Shown here piece by piece: positions 45,737 through 58,096 of a stretch of DNA of 64,000 nt. A model generated the notes under the pieces. The model was not told the origin of the DNA. It was given only the letters and a program-made list of their open reading frames with translations, and ran no database searches. This DNA is from Eledone cirrhosa (taxonomy: Eukaryota), in NCBI GenBank assembly GCA_964016885.1, contig OZ024743.1, forward strand, positions 164,486,001 through 164,550,000, in the 5' to 3' direction. The translations under genes were made by a program, and so were the position numbers. Every line of letters begins with the position of its first letter. Within the stretch, counting starts at the first letter, position 1.

Positions 45737-46002
45737 CATACATACATACATATATATATATATACATACATACATACATATATATATATATATACATACA
45801 TACATACATACATATATATATATATACATACATACATACATATATATATATATACATACATACATACATATATATATATATATACATACATACATATATA
45901 TGATGGCTGCCCCCTCGTTATCGAGTATGGCCATTGCACAATAAAAAAAAAAAATAAAAAAAAAAAATAAAAAAAAAAAAAAAAAAAAAAATAAAAAAAA
46001 AA

Positions 46003-46054
<52 letters not shown>

Positions 46055-46133
46055 GCAATAATAATAATAACGACAACAACAATAATAATATACATATTCA
46101 TGTATATATACACACACACGCACGCACATAAGC

Positions 46134-46171
<38 letters not shown>

Positions 46172-46179
46172 GATAGCAA

Positions 46180-49100
46180 CTAACAGTGCTGCGATCGAAT
46201 GTGGCTTTTTAGCCCAGCCAATGATCCAAAATGTCTTGCACAGAGTCGGCAACCAAAACATTTACTGGGAATAGTCGGCTGTGGTTGGAGTTCGTGTACT
46301 TTTGCATGTCGCTTGAGTCCTCCTGCTGATTTACATTCTCTACCACATGTTTGGCAAGCATGATGAGTAGCATCTCCAACAGCAGCCTGGTAGTCAACCA
46401 CTGGTCTTACTTTATGACTGCGAAGATGACTTTCGAGTCCAGCTTTGCTTAGGCAGAGTCTCGCACAGACGCTGCATGTCAGAAACATAGGAGGACCCTC
46501 GCCGTCTGGAAGTGCAACAGCAATACCCTTCCTCACGTCCCGCTTTACTTTCTCGTGTGCGATTCGAGATGCCTCAAAGGCAACTTTTCCCTCATATACA
46601 GTCTTTCTCCATTTATTACGATCAGCAGCAATATTTTCCCATGTATCAGCAGAGATGTTAGCGTCTTTCAGAGAGGCCTTCAAGGAATCCTTATACCTCT
46701 TTTTTGGTTTATGTGGCGGTCGTTTTCCTTTAACCAACTCTCCATAGAAGAGTTGTTTTGGTATTCTAGAATCCTTCATCCTGGCAAGGTGACCGCTCCA
46801 ACGGAGTCGCTGCTTAAGCACAAGAGCTTCTATACTGTCACACATAGAGCTTTCCAAAATCTCGACATCACTGATGTGGTCCCTCCAGCGAACGCCATGT
46901 ATCCGTCTGAGACACATCTGATGGAAACGCTCCAATTGCTCAAGGTGGCGTCGATATGTGACCCAGGTCTCGCAGGCATAAAGAAGACAAGAGAGTACAC
47001 ATGCCCTGTACACCCTTACCTTTGTCCTCCTGCATATGTCTCGCCGACCCCAGAGTCGCCTTTCTAGCTTTCCGAAAGCATCACTTGCTTTCCTAATCCT
47101 AAGTGAGATTTCACTGTCAAGGTTGCCGTATCGATTGACAGTGCTTCCCAGGTAGACAAACTGATCAACCACTCCAAGTCGCTTGCCATACACATAGATG
47201 TTTGGTTCAGTGTACTGCCTACCAGGTGCAGGTTGGTACATGACGACGGTTTTCTTGAGACTGACAGTCAAACCCAGGGCAGTGCAAGCGTCAGAAAATA
47301 CATTCAAAATGTGCTGCATATCACTCTCTGTGTGCGCTACAAGATCGCAATCATCTGCATACAAGAGGTCTCTTATGACTGATGTAAATACTTTTGTCTT
47401 CGCAGCAAAGCGCCTGATGTTAAATATGCTGCCTGAGGTTCGATATCGGATGTAAACACCATGCTCGCAATTCCTGAATGCAACACAGAAAACCATTGCA
47501 AAGTATATGGCAAACAGGGTCGGTGCTGGAATATCCCCCTGTTTCACTCCATTTTTTACTGAGATAGGCTCCGACATGTTACCTCCGACATTAACCCAAG
47601 CCTTCATGTCGTCATGGAAAGACCTAACTAAAGCAAGGAACTTATCAGGGCAACCAAGTTTCTGGAGAACCTTCCATAATGCATCTCTGTTGACAGTATC
47701 GAAAGCCTTTGTCAGATCGACAAAAACCTGATACAGATCCAAGCCCTGTTCAATGCACTTCTCCTGGAGCTGTCTAGCTGAGAAGATCATATCAGTAGTG
47801 CTGCGTCCAACACGAAAACCAGATTGACTTTCAGGAAGGACACAATCTGCAATGTGTGTCAGCAGACGGTCCAGAAGCACCCTACATAAAACTTTCCCCA
47901 CGACAGAAAGCAATGATATACCTCTGTAGTTCCCACAATCATTCCTGTTACCCTTTCCCTTGTACAAGACCACCATTACTGCATCTCTCCAGTCCTCAGG
48001 CACGGATTCATTAGCCCATATCCTTCCAAACAGAGAGTGAAGATGTTGCAGGAGTCTCTCACCACCATATTGTAGGAGCTCAGCATGTATGCCATCCATA
48101 CCTGGAGATCTTCCACTGTTCAGCTTCGAAATAGCCACTGCAACCTCCACAAGTGTCGGAGGCTCTGCGAGAGCTACTTTCACAGGACTTTCCGGAATGA
48201 GATTGAGGAAATCTTCACTGACGACAGACGGCTGATTCAAAAGATCATCAAAGTGCTCCCGCCACCTTCGTAGAATTCCCTGTGAGTCACGAAGAAGTTC
48301 TTTGCCATCCCTGCTGCGAATCGGTGTCACCAGAGAAGAAGACGGTCCATAAACCTCACGCAAGAGACTGTACAACAGCTTTGTGTTATTGCAATCAGAC
48401 GCAGTTTGTATCTCACCAGCCTTCTCACTCCACCACTGATCCTTCATCTGAGAAAGACTCCGCCTAACACGTGATTTTACATCCCTGAGCTCCTCATGCA
48501 ACGTATTCCTCTCCTGTGGTCTTGCCGTCAAGTAGCGTGACAGAGCGCGCCTCCTATCAGCCAACAAGTCATCTATATGCACATCTTTCTCATTAAACCA
48601 GTCCTGATGTTTTCTCTGCACCAATCCCAGAACACGTCTGCCTACATCATAAACCGACTTTTTAAGGGTCGGCCAATCCTCACCAAGATCTGCAGCCTGC
48701 ATCTCTTCTTCCAATGTCCTCTTCACATTTTTATCCTTAAGACGAGCAGCATTCAATCTTTTGGGCAGGGTAACACCAGGAGCCCGGATTTTACGTTTGG
48801 TGATTAGATTCACTTTTGCGCGTACCAGGCGGTGGTCCGTCCAGCACTCAGCTCCACGAAGAACACGAACACACCGCACATCCTGTCTGTCACGCATCCT
48901 GACTAGGACGTAGTCCAAAAGATGCCATTCCCTAGATGCAGGATGCATCCATGTGGTCTTGAATTTGTTCTTTTGTTGGAACATGGTGTTGGTAACACAC
49001 AGATCCAGCTCCTCACACATCTGCAGCAAGAGCATACCATTGCTGTTACACCTTCCCACCCCATGCCTTCCGATTACATTCCATGTGTTAAAATCCCTAC

Positions 49101-49725
49101 CCACTCTAGCATTAAAGTCACCAAGCACGATGACTTTGTCTGCCTGAGGGATATTTCTTAAAACACCTTTCAAGGCATGGTAAAAGGACAGTTTTTCTTC
49201 ATCGACAGAATTCATAGTTGGAGCATACACACTCACCAGGGTAGCATATCTTCCCTTGTCCAGCGGAACTCTCATGGACATAAGACGCTCACTAATCCCC
49301 ACTGGGAATTCTTCCAATTTATTCACCAGTACAGTCTTAACAGCAAATCCTACCCCAGCCTCTCTTCTGGTTCCTTCATCTCTTCCTTTCCAGAAGAATG
49401 TATATTCTCCACAAAATTCCGTAAGATGACCATCTCCAGCTAACCTCGTCTCAGACAAAGCCACGATGTCAAGATCGTAACGTCGAAGCTCCTTCGCAAC
49501 AAGAGCGGTCCTTCGTTCAGGACGCTCCAAAGAATCCCTGTCAAGCAGCGTCCGTACGTTCCAGCAGCCAAGACTAAATGCCCTGTTTGGCTCTATTACA
49601 ATGGCACGATGACGGGCGGGCCCAGGTTGTGATAACTTGGGGCCCCTGCCCTTATTGCCAATGATCTCTTTTGTTCCAGAACCCAAATTGGCAATTATCT
49701 CGTTTACATTGTTCTGGAACATCAT
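46180..49725 (-). CDS. RTE ORF: APE endonuclease + reverse transcriptase + three C2H2 zinc fingers (1181 aa)
   Basis: [38 protein letters not shown]; [31 protein letters not shown]; three C2H2 fingers at the C-terminus; no stops. Confidence 0.93.
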   Translation of the reverse strand: MMFQNNVNEIIANLGSGTKEIIGNKGRGPKLSQPGPARHRAIVIEPNRAFSLGCWNVRTLLDRDSLERPERRTALVAKELRRYDLDIVALSETRLAGDGHLTEFCGEYTFFWKGRDEGTRREAGVGFAVKTVLVNKLEEFPVGISERLMSMRVPLDKGRYATLVSVYAPTMNSVDEEKLSFYHALKGVLRNIPQADKVIVLGDFNARVGRDFNTWNVIGRHGVGRCNSNGMLLLQMCEELDLCVTNTMFQQKNKFKTTWMHPASREWHLLDYVLVRMRDRQDVRCVRVLRGAECWTDHRLVRAKVNLITKRKIRAPGVTLPKRLNAARLKDKNVKRTLEEEMQAADLGEDWPTLKKSVYDVGRRVLGLVQRKHQDWFNEKDVHIDDLLADRRRALSRYLTARPQERNTLHEELRDVKSRVRRSLSQMKDQWWSEKAGEIQTASDCNNTKLLYSLLREVYGPSSSLVTPIRSRDGKELLRDSQGILRRWREHFDDLLNQPSVVSEDFLNLIPESPVKVALAEPPTLVEVAVAISKLNSGRSPGMDGIHAELLQYGGERLLQHLHSLFGRIWANESVPEDWRDAVMVVLYKGKGNRNDCGNYRGISLLSVVGKVLCRVLLDRLLTHIADCVLPESQSGFRVGRSTTDMIFSARQLQEKCIEQGLDLYQVFVDLTKAFDTVNRDALWKVLQKLGCPDKFLALVRSFHDDMKAWVNVGGNMSEPISVKNGVKQGDIPAPTLFAIYFAMVFCVAFRNCEHGVYIRYRTSGSIFNIRRFAAKTKVFTSVIRDLLYADDCDLVAHTESDMQHILNVFSDACTALGLTVSLKKTVVMYQPAPGRQYTEPNIYVYGKRLGVVDQFVYLGSTVNRYGNLDSEISLRIRKASDAFGKLERRLWGRRDICRRTKVRVYRACVLSCLLYACETWVTYRRHLEQLERFHQMCLRRIHGVRWRDHISDVEILESSMCDSIEALVLKQRLRWSGHLARMKDSRIPKQLFYGELVKGKRPPHKPKKRYKDSLKASLKDANISADTWENIAADRNKWRKTVYEGKVAFEASRIAHEKVKRDVRKGIAVALPDGEGPPMFLTCSVCARLCLSKAGLESHLRSHKVRPVVDYQAAVGDATHHACQTCGRECKSAGGLKRHAKVHELQPQPTIPSKCFGCRLCARHFGSLAGLKSHIRSQHC

Positions 49726-49733
49726 TGAATTGG

Positions 49734-49765
<32 letters not shown>

Positions 49766-50082
49766 AGAAAAAAAAAAAAAAAAAAAAAGTAATAATAATA
49801 GTAATAATAATAATAATAATGATTTCTTTATTAACCACAAGGGTTTACATAAAGTAGACATTAAGGACAGTGCAGGACAATGCAGGACGGTACAAATGGG
49901 CATTTCTGCGTGTAAAAAAACAAAAACAGAGGATGTAACAAAAATAACAATGAAAATAACAATGAAAAATTCCCCAATAGGGGGGAGACTTCGGAGGGAC
50001 ATTTGTGGAGAAAGCCCAGTAAAAAGCCACAATGACCCTGACCACCAAGGCAAGTGCCCTCTCCCAGTTTTCCACCTTTAGT

Positions 50083-53000
50083 TTACAGATATATACTCAG
50101 AGTCGGCCCATTCACTCGGGCCATTCTTGCTTCTCTCACCCATCTTTCAACAAAATGCTGGGAAGAGAGCACTTCCCTCTCTACTCTGATTTTCCTTTTC
50201 AAATGAAATTTGAAAAAGTCAATCAGAGCATCACCGAAGAGGTAAGTGCTCGTCTTCAGCCCTTTCAAACGTGTCCACCATACTATCTCTTTCGCCATGG
50301 CCACCAGACAGATAAAAACTGCCTGCCCTTCCCGGCTAAAGGAGGAGGGCGGGGCAATCCTCACGATGGACTCAGATGATAGCTGGATCCGTCCTAAACG
50401 CGACAGCAGGTGTTCGACATAAACCCACAAGTCAGCAATTTTCGGACACTGGATGAGTGCGTGCAGGACGGTTTCGTCGCCCTGCGCGCATCTCGGACAT
50501 GCCCGGCTGACGGCACCTCCATGCCTGTAGAGTTTATCCCGAACTGGCAAGGCTCCTCGGTAGCACTGCCAGGCCAGAGATTTCTGGAAGTTGTCCATAG
50601 GCCCTGGCCCGAAAGTTCTTCCGAAGAGATTGGCTAGTTGATTTTCGTCGACGCCTAGAGTTTCCCCAAGTACGTCGTCGCTCTTCCCCTCCACTAATCC
50701 TCTATAGAACGCCGAGGTGGAGTTTCCACCGATCACATTGCCCGATTGGTCGAGGGCTGTGAGCGCCTGAAGACATTCCAGTCTCCAGGCGCTCCCTCTC
50801 GGTCTTCGCTTGACCCAGGACTGCAGCTCCGTCAAGGAAACGAGCTGGGGAAAAACGCGTCTAGCAAACGGCGACCACACCTGATCACCGTCGAGGAAGA
50901 GGTGGAGATGTCGTAGCCTGAGCGCGTGCCTGCGCATCATCAGCCACGGCATGCCCAGCCCTCCACGTAGCGGGTGTTGACAACAGATGGACCGCCTGAC
51001 CATCGGAGCACGTCCCTTCCACAAAAAGCGAAAGAGCAAACGCTCCAGCGCAGTCAGGCGAGGCTTAGGACAAGGTACGACGGTTAGGCGGTAGCAGATG
51101 ACAGACGCGATGTACGCGTTAGCCACCTCCGCTCGACCTTTCAGGGATAGCTTCCTCTCCGCCCATTTCTGGGTGAGAGAAGCCACCCTGCTCGTCACCT
51201 CGTCCCAGTTTTTGTCCGTCTGGAGGTCCGGACCGAACCAGACCCCTAGCAATTTAACCGGTCCGTCCGTCCAGCGCCCGACGACGCTGTTGGACGGCAT
51301 GGACCTGCCTCTCCAGGTGCCGAGCTGCAGGCCCACTGACTTTTCCTGGTTGATCATTGCTCCTGTCACCGCTTCGTATTCTCTTAGTGTAGTGCCGATC
51401 GCCTCGATGTGTTTGGCGTTCGACACCACTACGGTGACATCGTCCGCATATGCTGACACGGATCTTCCGCATCCTAGTTCGCGCGGGACTCCCCTCAACG
51501 TCTCCAGTTTGTGCAGTAATGGCTCGAGAGTCAATACGTACAAGAGGGACGAGAGGGGACATCCTTGGCGGACCGAGCGCATGATGTTGAACGGTTCCGA
51601 CAGGTGACCGTTCACTCTCACCACAGAGCAGATGTCGCTGTGCATGGCAGCGATCCAGCCTCTGAAGACGGGCCCAAAGCCAGCCGCCCTCAGGACTGCC
51701 GCTAGGTAACGATGGTCGACCCTATCGAAAGCTTTCGACTGATCTAAATTGATCAAGGACCCACCCGTGCCAGGTTCCCTAGCTACCCTCTCTACGATGT
51801 ATCGCATGAGGTGGAGGTTGTCGTGGATGGATCTGTCGGGAATGGCGCATGTCTGCGCCTCTCCCACCAGACCACCAACGACAAGCGCCAACCTCTTTGC
51901 TAGCACCTTGGCCAAAATCTTAAACTCTGTGTTTAGCAGAGTTATGGGCCGGAAATTGTCTATGTTATCCCCCTTGTTCGGATCCTTTCTCAGCAGTGCC
52001 ACCGCTCCTCGGCTCACAGAACTGGGAATTCTCCCGTTCTGTTGCCAGTTGCAGTAGACGTCCGCCAAGAGGCCTCCGAACAAGTCTGGCATCTGTACGT
52101 AAAGTTCATAGGGCAGACCATCCAAACCAGGCGATTTACCCCTTGTGCAGCCAGTCATTGCCTCCCTTACTTCAGCGGCTGTTATCGGCTTTTCGCAACA
52201 CTTCGCCTCAGTGGCCGAGAGCCGCGGCAGTCCGTCGAGGTAGACACTAAAGTCCATCCCTCTACCCGGCCCCCCGCTGCCCCCGAACAGCTGAGCGAAG
52301 TGTCGCTGAAAAGCTTCACACATTTGCCCGGGATCGAGTAGCATGCGCCCGTCGTGGTCCACCAAAGACCGGATCGTGGCTTTGTTGCCACGACGCGCCT
52401 CCGCCACTCGGGCCCATTGAACGGCTTTCGTCCCCTCGTGTCTGAGAGCACGCACCCTAGCTCTGACAACGCAGCCTTCGTGCTTTGCATTGAAGAATTG
52501 GTCAAGGGCCAATTTCGCCGCAAGCACGTCGGTCGCAATGCCTTTGCTAAGCGCCTCGTCTAATTTTCTAACTAGTTCTCCCTCTGCTCTATTTTTCTCT
52601 ATTGCTAAAGCCTTACTAAACCTAATCGATTCTATTCTAATCGCTCTTTTCAGAGCAAACCACCACTTGTTGTTGACGATGGCCCCCGTCAACGCCCGCT
52701 TAACTAGTTCGCTAATCCGGTCTCTGTAGGCCTTGCGCGCTGGTAAGGACGCGTTTAGCTTCCAGTAGCCGGGTCCTCGTCTATGCAGCCTATCTAAGTC
52801 AAGCACACAGATCACGAATTTGTGGTCCGTGTAGCTGACTATCTTGAATTGTGGACAGCCTATGCTAGACCTATCTATTTCCCTACAAAATACTCTATCT
52901 AGATATGATCTGGATGACCCTATGCGGTTTGTCCAAGTCCACATTGGCACATTCGGGAAATCCAATCGGTACCTGTCAGACAGTTCAAAACGCCTGAGCA

Positions 53001-53502
53001 GGTTGGTGAGGCTCTTGCACCCTCCACCCCTATCCGCTAATCCCACACAGTCCCAGCGTGCATCTAAGATCCCGTTCCAGTCGCCCACTAACACTAAAGA
53101 GCGCGACGTTCCAAGAAAGGTCTCCAGACGCCGGAAGAAATCAGGCCGCCCTGCTCCTGTCGGGGCATAGACGGCCACTAGCCTGAAAGCTTGCCCGTCT
53201 CCGCTGGTCACGTCCAGCACCACCAGCTTACCCTCTGGGTCCAGGAAGATGGCCCGTATGGCGAGATCCAAACCTCTCCGAAAAAGCACAGCAACTCCTC
53301 CACCCGATCCAGGACGGCTGGGAGATGCGTACACATCGTAGCCGCCGAAGATCGGTGCGAAGGCCCGTGCTTCGGAGATTCTGGTCTCGCTGATGGCCAC
53401 TACATCTATGTTTAGTGACCTGAGGTCGTTGAGCAGGTGACCCTGCTTCCATGACGACCCCAAGCCACGCGCATTTATGCTGCCTATTCTGAGTGAGGTC
53501 AT
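50083..53502 (-). CDS. Tx1-like ORF2: APE + RT + C-terminal CCHC (zf-RVT), 1139 aa
   Basis: SINARGL, ISETR, VYAPT, GDWN, TDH, GPGYWKLN, FRPITLLN, LDQSKAFDRV, RQGCPLS, AYADDV, CPRC...ETVLHALIQC. Confidence 0.95.
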   Translation of the reverse strand: MTSLRIGSINARGLGSSWKQGHLLNDLRSLNIDVVAISETRISEARAFAPIFGGYDVYASPSRPGSGGGVAVLFRRGLDLAIRAIFLDPEGKLVVLDVTSGDGQAFRLVAVYAPTGAGRPDFFRRLETFLGTSRSLVLVGDWNGILDARWDCVGLADRGGGCKSLTNLLRRFELSDRYRLDFPNVPMWTWTNRIGSSRSYLDRVFCREIDRSSIGCPQFKIVSYTDHKFVICVLDLDRLHRRGPGYWKLNASLPARKAYRDRISELVKRALTGAIVNNKWWFALKRAIRIESIRFSKALAIEKNRAEGELVRKLDEALSKGIATDVLAAKLALDQFFNAKHEGCVVRARVRALRHEGTKAVQWARVAEARRGNKATIRSLVDHDGRMLLDPGQMCEAFQRHFAQLFGGSGGPGRGMDFSVYLDGLPRLSATEAKCCEKPITAAEVREAMTGCTRGKSPGLDGLPYELYVQMPDLFGGLLADVYCNWQQNGRIPSSVSRGAVALLRKDPNKGDNIDNFRPITLLNTEFKILAKVLAKRLALVVGGLVGEAQTCAIPDRSIHDNLHLMRYIVERVAREPGTGGSLINLDQSKAFDRVDHRYLAAVLRAAGFGPVFRGWIAAMHSDICSVVRVNGHLSEPFNIMRSVRQGCPLSSLLYVLTLEPLLHKLETLRGVPRELGCGRSVSAYADDVTVVVSNAKHIEAIGTTLREYEAVTGAMINQEKSVGLQLGTWRGRSMPSNSVVGRWTDGPVKLLGVWFGPDLQTDKNWDEVTSRVASLTQKWAERKLSLKGRAEVANAYIASVICYRLTVVPCPKPRLTALERLLFRFLWKGRAPMVRRSICCQHPLRGGLGMPWLMMRRHALRLRHLHLFLDGDQVWSPFARRVFPQLVSLTELQSWVKRRPRGSAWRLECLQALTALDQSGNVIGGNSTSAFYRGLVEGKSDDVLGETLGVDENQLANLFGRTFGPGPMDNFQKSLAWQCYRGALPVRDKLYRHGGAVSRACPRCAQGDETVLHALIQCPKIADLWVYVEHLLSRLGRIQLSSESIVRIAPPSSFSREGQAVFICLVAMAKEIVWWTRLKGLKTSTYLFGDALIDFFKFHLKRKIRVEREVLSSQHFVERWVREARMARVNGPTLSIYL

Positions 53503-53537
53503 GTTTAAAATAGAGTGGAAAAGATGGGAAAGACCAC

Positions 53538-55637
53538 TTACCGTATTTTTGGTAGAGGAGGGATGGTTTTTACATCCCTTTTCACTTGATCGTCTGGTGA
53601 AGGGACCGTTGAATCGTCCCTTCGGCTGGTCGTCGGCTCTTCTAAGAGAATGTCTGAATATACTCTTCGATTAATGGTTCCTCCTAGGTCCCTGAAATCA
53701 CCAACTGCGTTGGGGAATTTCGTTTTAATGTTTGTGTATTGTTTCTGTGCTATTTTTAGCAGTCTTATGTTAGTTGGCGTTTTGATTGGTGCTGGTATTA
53801 TGTAGTCCTGTTGTGAAATGTCTGTGTGTTCAATTATGTAAGTCATTAGTTTCTTGTTGTGTGTGTTTATTGCCGTGCATTTGTTTTTCTGGGGGTGGGG
53901 TGTGGTTCTGCTATTTTCTTGTCGTTGTTGCTGGGTGTGTGTGTTTTGTTGTTGTGTTTGCGATGTTGGTGCTTGTGGTGGTGGTGTTGAAGGTGTTGTT
54001 GGCGGTGGGGTTGTCGCCGGTGGTGATGGTGGTGCTGGTGTGGGTGGTGATGGTGTTGGTGTTGTTGCTGCTGTGGGTCTCTTTGCAGTAGACTTTACCC
54101 TTTTCTCATTTCTTTCCTCCCTTTTCAAAGGCGACGATGCGCTGCTTCTGCGTTTGTGCCTTCTTGAGACCTTTTGCCATCCCTCTCCCACCTCACACTC
54201 CATGTCTGATTCTGTAAGGTCGGGGAGGGGTACCAGCTCCACTCTTTCACTTGTTGTTGTTGGTGATGTTTGCACTGGAGTCTCTGTTGCAGCTGCATTT
54301 GGTATTGCTGTTGTTGTTGTTAATATTTCCACTGCTGCTGCTGTCTTTGATTTCCGTGGAGTGGGTATGGGTGCCACGGACCTATCGTTCCTGGTTGCCG
54401 CTTGTCCTGTTGCTGGTAGCCGTGGAACCGGATTCGGGAGGAGGGGGGTTTTCTCCTTTCTCAGGGTCTTCTCGTTGCAGAAGGCCCTGAGGTGAGTCTT
54501 CGATCCACAGCGAAAGCATTTCGGGCGTTTGCCCTCAACACTTATGGGCAGTTGAGTGCCGTTATCGAAGTCTATCACATCCGGGATAGCTTCGATGCAC
54601 TCCTGGTTGGTTTGGATTAGCATCTCAATGGAGGAGCCGACCCAATCTTCTCTTACTTTTTTCTGTACTTGCAGTACAGTTGTTTTGTCCTCGATTCCGA
54701 CGAGGACAGACGCGGCCAGCCAAGAAGGGGTCATTCCGGGGGGGACGTGGGTCAGTTTGACCCTCACAATTTTTTGCCCGCAGTAGGAGGGCACCAACAC
54801 CATTTCCTCGCTCCTTAGGGTCACTACTGATTGGGCCTTTGCCTCCTGGGGTGTGGCAAAAAGTACGTCTACGGTGGCGTATTTTTTGCCTCGGGTGATG
54901 TGCGTTTTCCTCTGCCACACAGACCCCAAGGCTTTTTGTATTTGGGCCTCTGTGGCTCTTTCCACCCTACGGGATTTTGTACTTACTGTACGGTACGTGA
55001 CCGTACAGTGCTCTTGGGTTTCGAAAAAATTTTTCGCTGCCTTGCAGATTGCTCGGTGTCCGTTCTTTGTCACCATCTTCTTCGCTTCCTCTAATTCCTC
55101 ATTTGTTATGAGGATTGTTTCCAGGTTTTTCGCAATACCTGCAAATGAGATTGGTTTTTCTCTGCTGTTGTTGTTGTCGTCAGAGCTGCTGGTACTTTTG
55201 TTGTTGCTGCAGGTACTACGACTACTGCCTCCGCCGCTGTTGCTGTGGTTGTTGTTGGTGTTGCTGCTGCTAATGCTGTTGTTGTTTATGCTGCTGGTGA
55301 TGCTGTTGCGGCTGCTACTGTTGTTTTCATTGTCACTGTTGCTGTTGTTATTACGGCTGCTACTGCTATTATTCCTGACGTCAGACGAATGAACTGGGTT
55401 TTCGTATTTCCCGCACACCTGTTTCGTCGCTGTCGTCGTCGTCGTGGAGAAACCTTGCACGCTTTGCACGAGACTTTTCTTTTCTTTCGTCGCTTGCGAA
55501 AGAGAAGGTAGGGAGAGAGACACATTTAAAGAAGGGAGGGAGAGAGACAATCTTCTCTCTCCTGTAGTGATGATTGAGGAAGAAGAAGACGGAATGAGTG
55601 GGAGTGACGTATGAAATTTTTTTTTTTTGGTAGCCAT
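53538..55637 (-). CDS. Tx1-like ORF1 (gag-like nucleic-acid binding protein)
   Basis: CCHC knuckle CFRCGSKTHLRAFC, Ser/Asn- and Pro/Thr-rich tracts; first ATG at 55637; directly upstream of ORF2. Confidence 0.85.
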   Translation of the reverse strand: MATKKKKFHTSLPLIPSSSSSIITTGERRLSLSLPSLNVSLSLPSLSQATKEKKSLVQSVQGFSTTTTTATKQVCGKYENPVHSSDVRNNSSSSRNNNSNSDNENNSSSRNSITSSINNNSISSSNTNNNHSNSGGGSSRSTCSNNKSTSSSDDNNNSREKPISFAGIAKNLETILITNEELEEAKKMVTKNGHRAICKAAKNFFETQEHCTVTYRTVSTKSRRVERATEAQIQKALGSVWQRKTHITRGKKYATVDVLFATPQEAKAQSVVTLRSEEMVLVPSYCGQKIVRVKLTHVPPGMTPSWLAASVLVGIEDKTTVLQVQKKVREDWVGSSIEMLIQTNQECIEAIPDVIDFDNGTQLPISVEGKRPKCFRCGSKTHLRAFCNEKTLRKEKTPLLPNPVPRLPATGQAATRNDRSVAPIPTPRKSKTAAAVEILTTTTAIPNAAATETPVQTSPTTTSERVELVPLPDLTESDMECEVGEGWQKVSRRHKRRSSASSPLKREERNEKRVKSTAKRPTAATTPTPSPPTPAPPSPPATTPPPTTPSTPPPQAPTSQTQQQNTHTQQQRQENSRTTPHPQKNKCTAINTHNKKLMTYIIEHTDISQQDYIIPAPIKTPTNIRLLKIAQKQYTNIKTKFPNAVGDFRDLGGTINRRVYSDILLEEPTTSRRDDSTVPSPDDQVKRDVKTIPPLPKIR

Positions 55638-56178
55638 GTTGTTTTGTTTAAAATGAAATTTTGGGTACAAAACCCCAATAACTGGCTATTTAACCCCGAA
55701 GGGCCAAATAACGGACAGAAAGACCCCTCTCACGAGGAGGAGGGTGTCTTTATCAACAATTTGGTTCAAGTTTTAAACAATTTACAATTGTTTTAACGGT
55801 TAAAAATTACTATACCTTACAGAGCCGAGCCTCCGTCAACCATGGCATTCAATAATAATAATAATAATAATAATACTACACTATTAATAATTATTAATGC
55901 ACTCGTGCAATGCCTGTGCGTGACGAATATTTTTAAAGTGAGGAAAGACTGTGCACTGAACCAATCCCACTCTCTGAGCGACAGTAGCTATAACCCGAAA
56001 AGAAGAAAAGATCAACATCATCGGTAACTACTGAGCCGCAGGTTTTATATCGGAGTTAACCCAGTTTCCTGAGATGCCTTCTCCTAGAAGAATACCCTGA
56101 CATGGGCTAGGGGTTCTTCACTCCCAGTGGTTTAACTGCGCGATCGGGCATCCAGCCCGATTATTTCTATGTCCCCGC

Positions 56179-56225
<47 letters not shown>

Positions 56226-57470
56226 ACTTATTGACACTTATACGTACGACATACACACACACGCATACATATGCGTGCACACAGCAACACTCACACACAC
56301 AACAAACACACACACACGCTACTCTACTCACTTACACGCACACACACACATATATATATATATATTACCGTCATTACTGATACAAGATTACCAGATTATG
56401 TCAACTGTTGACTTTCAAGAGTTTGTATAGTTGAAGCCGATCGTATTACAGTCCAGTATTACTATAATTGCTTTACAGCATAGAGTTATGGCTCTCCACG
56501 GAGTCAACAAAAGAGAGTACCAGTGATGCGCTGGCCAGTCGCTGGATCCGTGCCAAAAGCAGAAAAATTATTATTAAAGTTGTTCTTAAGGCCAGGTCGC
56601 TGGTGATGGTGATGGCGACGGCGGTGGCGGTGGTGGTGGTGGTGGCAGTTGATGTTGTTGTTCTGTTGTGTGTGTGTGTGTGTGTGTGTGTGTTTTGTTA
56701 TTTTGAGTTTTTTTTTTTTTTTTTTTTTTCCTTTCTTTTTTTTTCTCCTTTTTTTTTTTTTTTTTTTTTTTTCCCCCTTCCCTTTTCTTTTTTCTTTTCC
56801 CTTCCTTTTTTTTATGTTTTGATGCCGCTGTTGTTGTTGTTGTAATTGTTGTAAATGTTCATTTCAGTTCATTCTGAAGCTGTTGTTGCTGTAAACATTA
56901 GGGCCGGTGTTGTTGTTGTTGTAGATGTTGGGGTTGAAATCTGGTTGTTTGACTGAGTGATGTATATACACACATATACATACACACACATATATATATA
57001 TACATTCATCAGAGAGTAGAGAGTTTGACAACAGGTCGATGACTTTAGTCTCGATAGGGTATGGTATGGTAATGACATGTGATGGTGGGGAGAGAGTGTA
57101 GACGTTATTGTGGTGGTGTGGACAGTGAGATGTATCTAGTTCATTTGACCGTTTTCTTCTCTTAGCAAAATTTGAATTCTAGCCATGTTATATTGAGATG
57201 TAAGTAAATGTAAAATATAAATAAGGATTGCTCTGCTAAAATATACTAAAATATTTGTGTAACTTCCACAAACTTCTGTCGTGACATTCCCGAGTCCAGT
57301 AACCAACAAATTGTTGTATTTTGATGTTTCAGAATACAAAAATTAATTAAAAACTTACCCCACGAAGAGACAGCGTGTGTTGTCCTATCTATAAGCTCCC
57401 TCATCATATATATATATATACATACATACATACATACATATATATACATACATACATATATATATATACA

Positions 57471-57502
<32 letters not shown>

Positions 57503-57542
57503 CATACATACATATATACATACATACATATATATATATACA

Positions 57543-57578
<36 letters not shown>

Positions 57579-57743
57579 TATACATATTGGAATAAATGCT
57601 CTGAGATATCGCTATCTCAGAGCATTTATTCCAATTTCTAATTTCTGCCGGACCGGCAACCGCTCTTTCAAACCAGTTCCAGTACACAGCTAAGTATTCT
57701 ATAAGTCTCTAGCTGTGTCATTCTCGATAAAAGCACTGGATAT

Positions 57744-57786
57744 GTAGTCCTGATGAATTCTAACAAGAATGAAACGCGTAGATTAC
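57744..57786 (+). ncRNA. Type I hammerhead ribozyme, unit 1
   Basis: GUAGUC-CUGAUGA-AUUC UAACAA GAAU-GAAA-CGC-GUA^-GAUUAC; predicted cleavage after 57780. Confidence 0.9.
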
Positions 57787-58053
57787 TACCCTTGCTTTTA
57801 TCGAGAATCTAATTGTAATACGTGACGTATTCTATTCTATAGCGATTAGGTCTTCAAAATGTTTATTATAAACATACAGAATATTTTCGAATATTCTATG
57901 TCTATACTCACATATATATCGCTATCTCAGAGCATTTATTCCAATTTCTAATTTCTGCCGGACCGGCAACCGCTCTTTCAAACCAGTTCCAGTACACAGC
58001 TAAGTATTCTATAAGTCTCTAGCTGTGTCATTCTCGATAAAAGCACTGGATAT

Positions 58054-58096
58054 GTAGTCCTGATGAATTCTAACAAGAATGAAACGCGTAGATTAC
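58054..58096 (+). ncRNA. Type I hammerhead ribozyme, unit 2
   Basis: Identical core, +310. Confidence 0.9.

Larger units (their letters stand above)
49790..55850 (-). mobile_element. Full-length Tx1/L1-clade non-LTR retrotransposon
   Basis: Two intact ORFs 35 nt apart, 5' UTR, 3' UTR with AATAAA, and (AAT)n on both flanks. Confidence 0.9.
45901..56176 (-). mobile_element. Full-length RTE (BovB-like) LINE whose 5' UTR is split by a Tx1 insertion
   Basis: 5' UTR piece 55875-56176, intact ORF, microsatellite-rich 3' UTR, terminal stem-loop at 45901-45940. Confidence 0.8.

Noticed and set aside
55686-55752. HDV-like ribozyme in the Tx1 5' UTR (CCUCCUCGUG motif plus cUUCGg hairpin)
   Set aside because: It folds as two simple hairpins; I could not build P1, P1.1 and P2 of the HDV pseudoknot.
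57360-57405. CGAAGA-GACAGC-GTGT-GTTGTC hairpin upstream of the 310-bp array
   Set aside because: Lacks the CUG and GAAA core, so it cannot be called a ribozyme.
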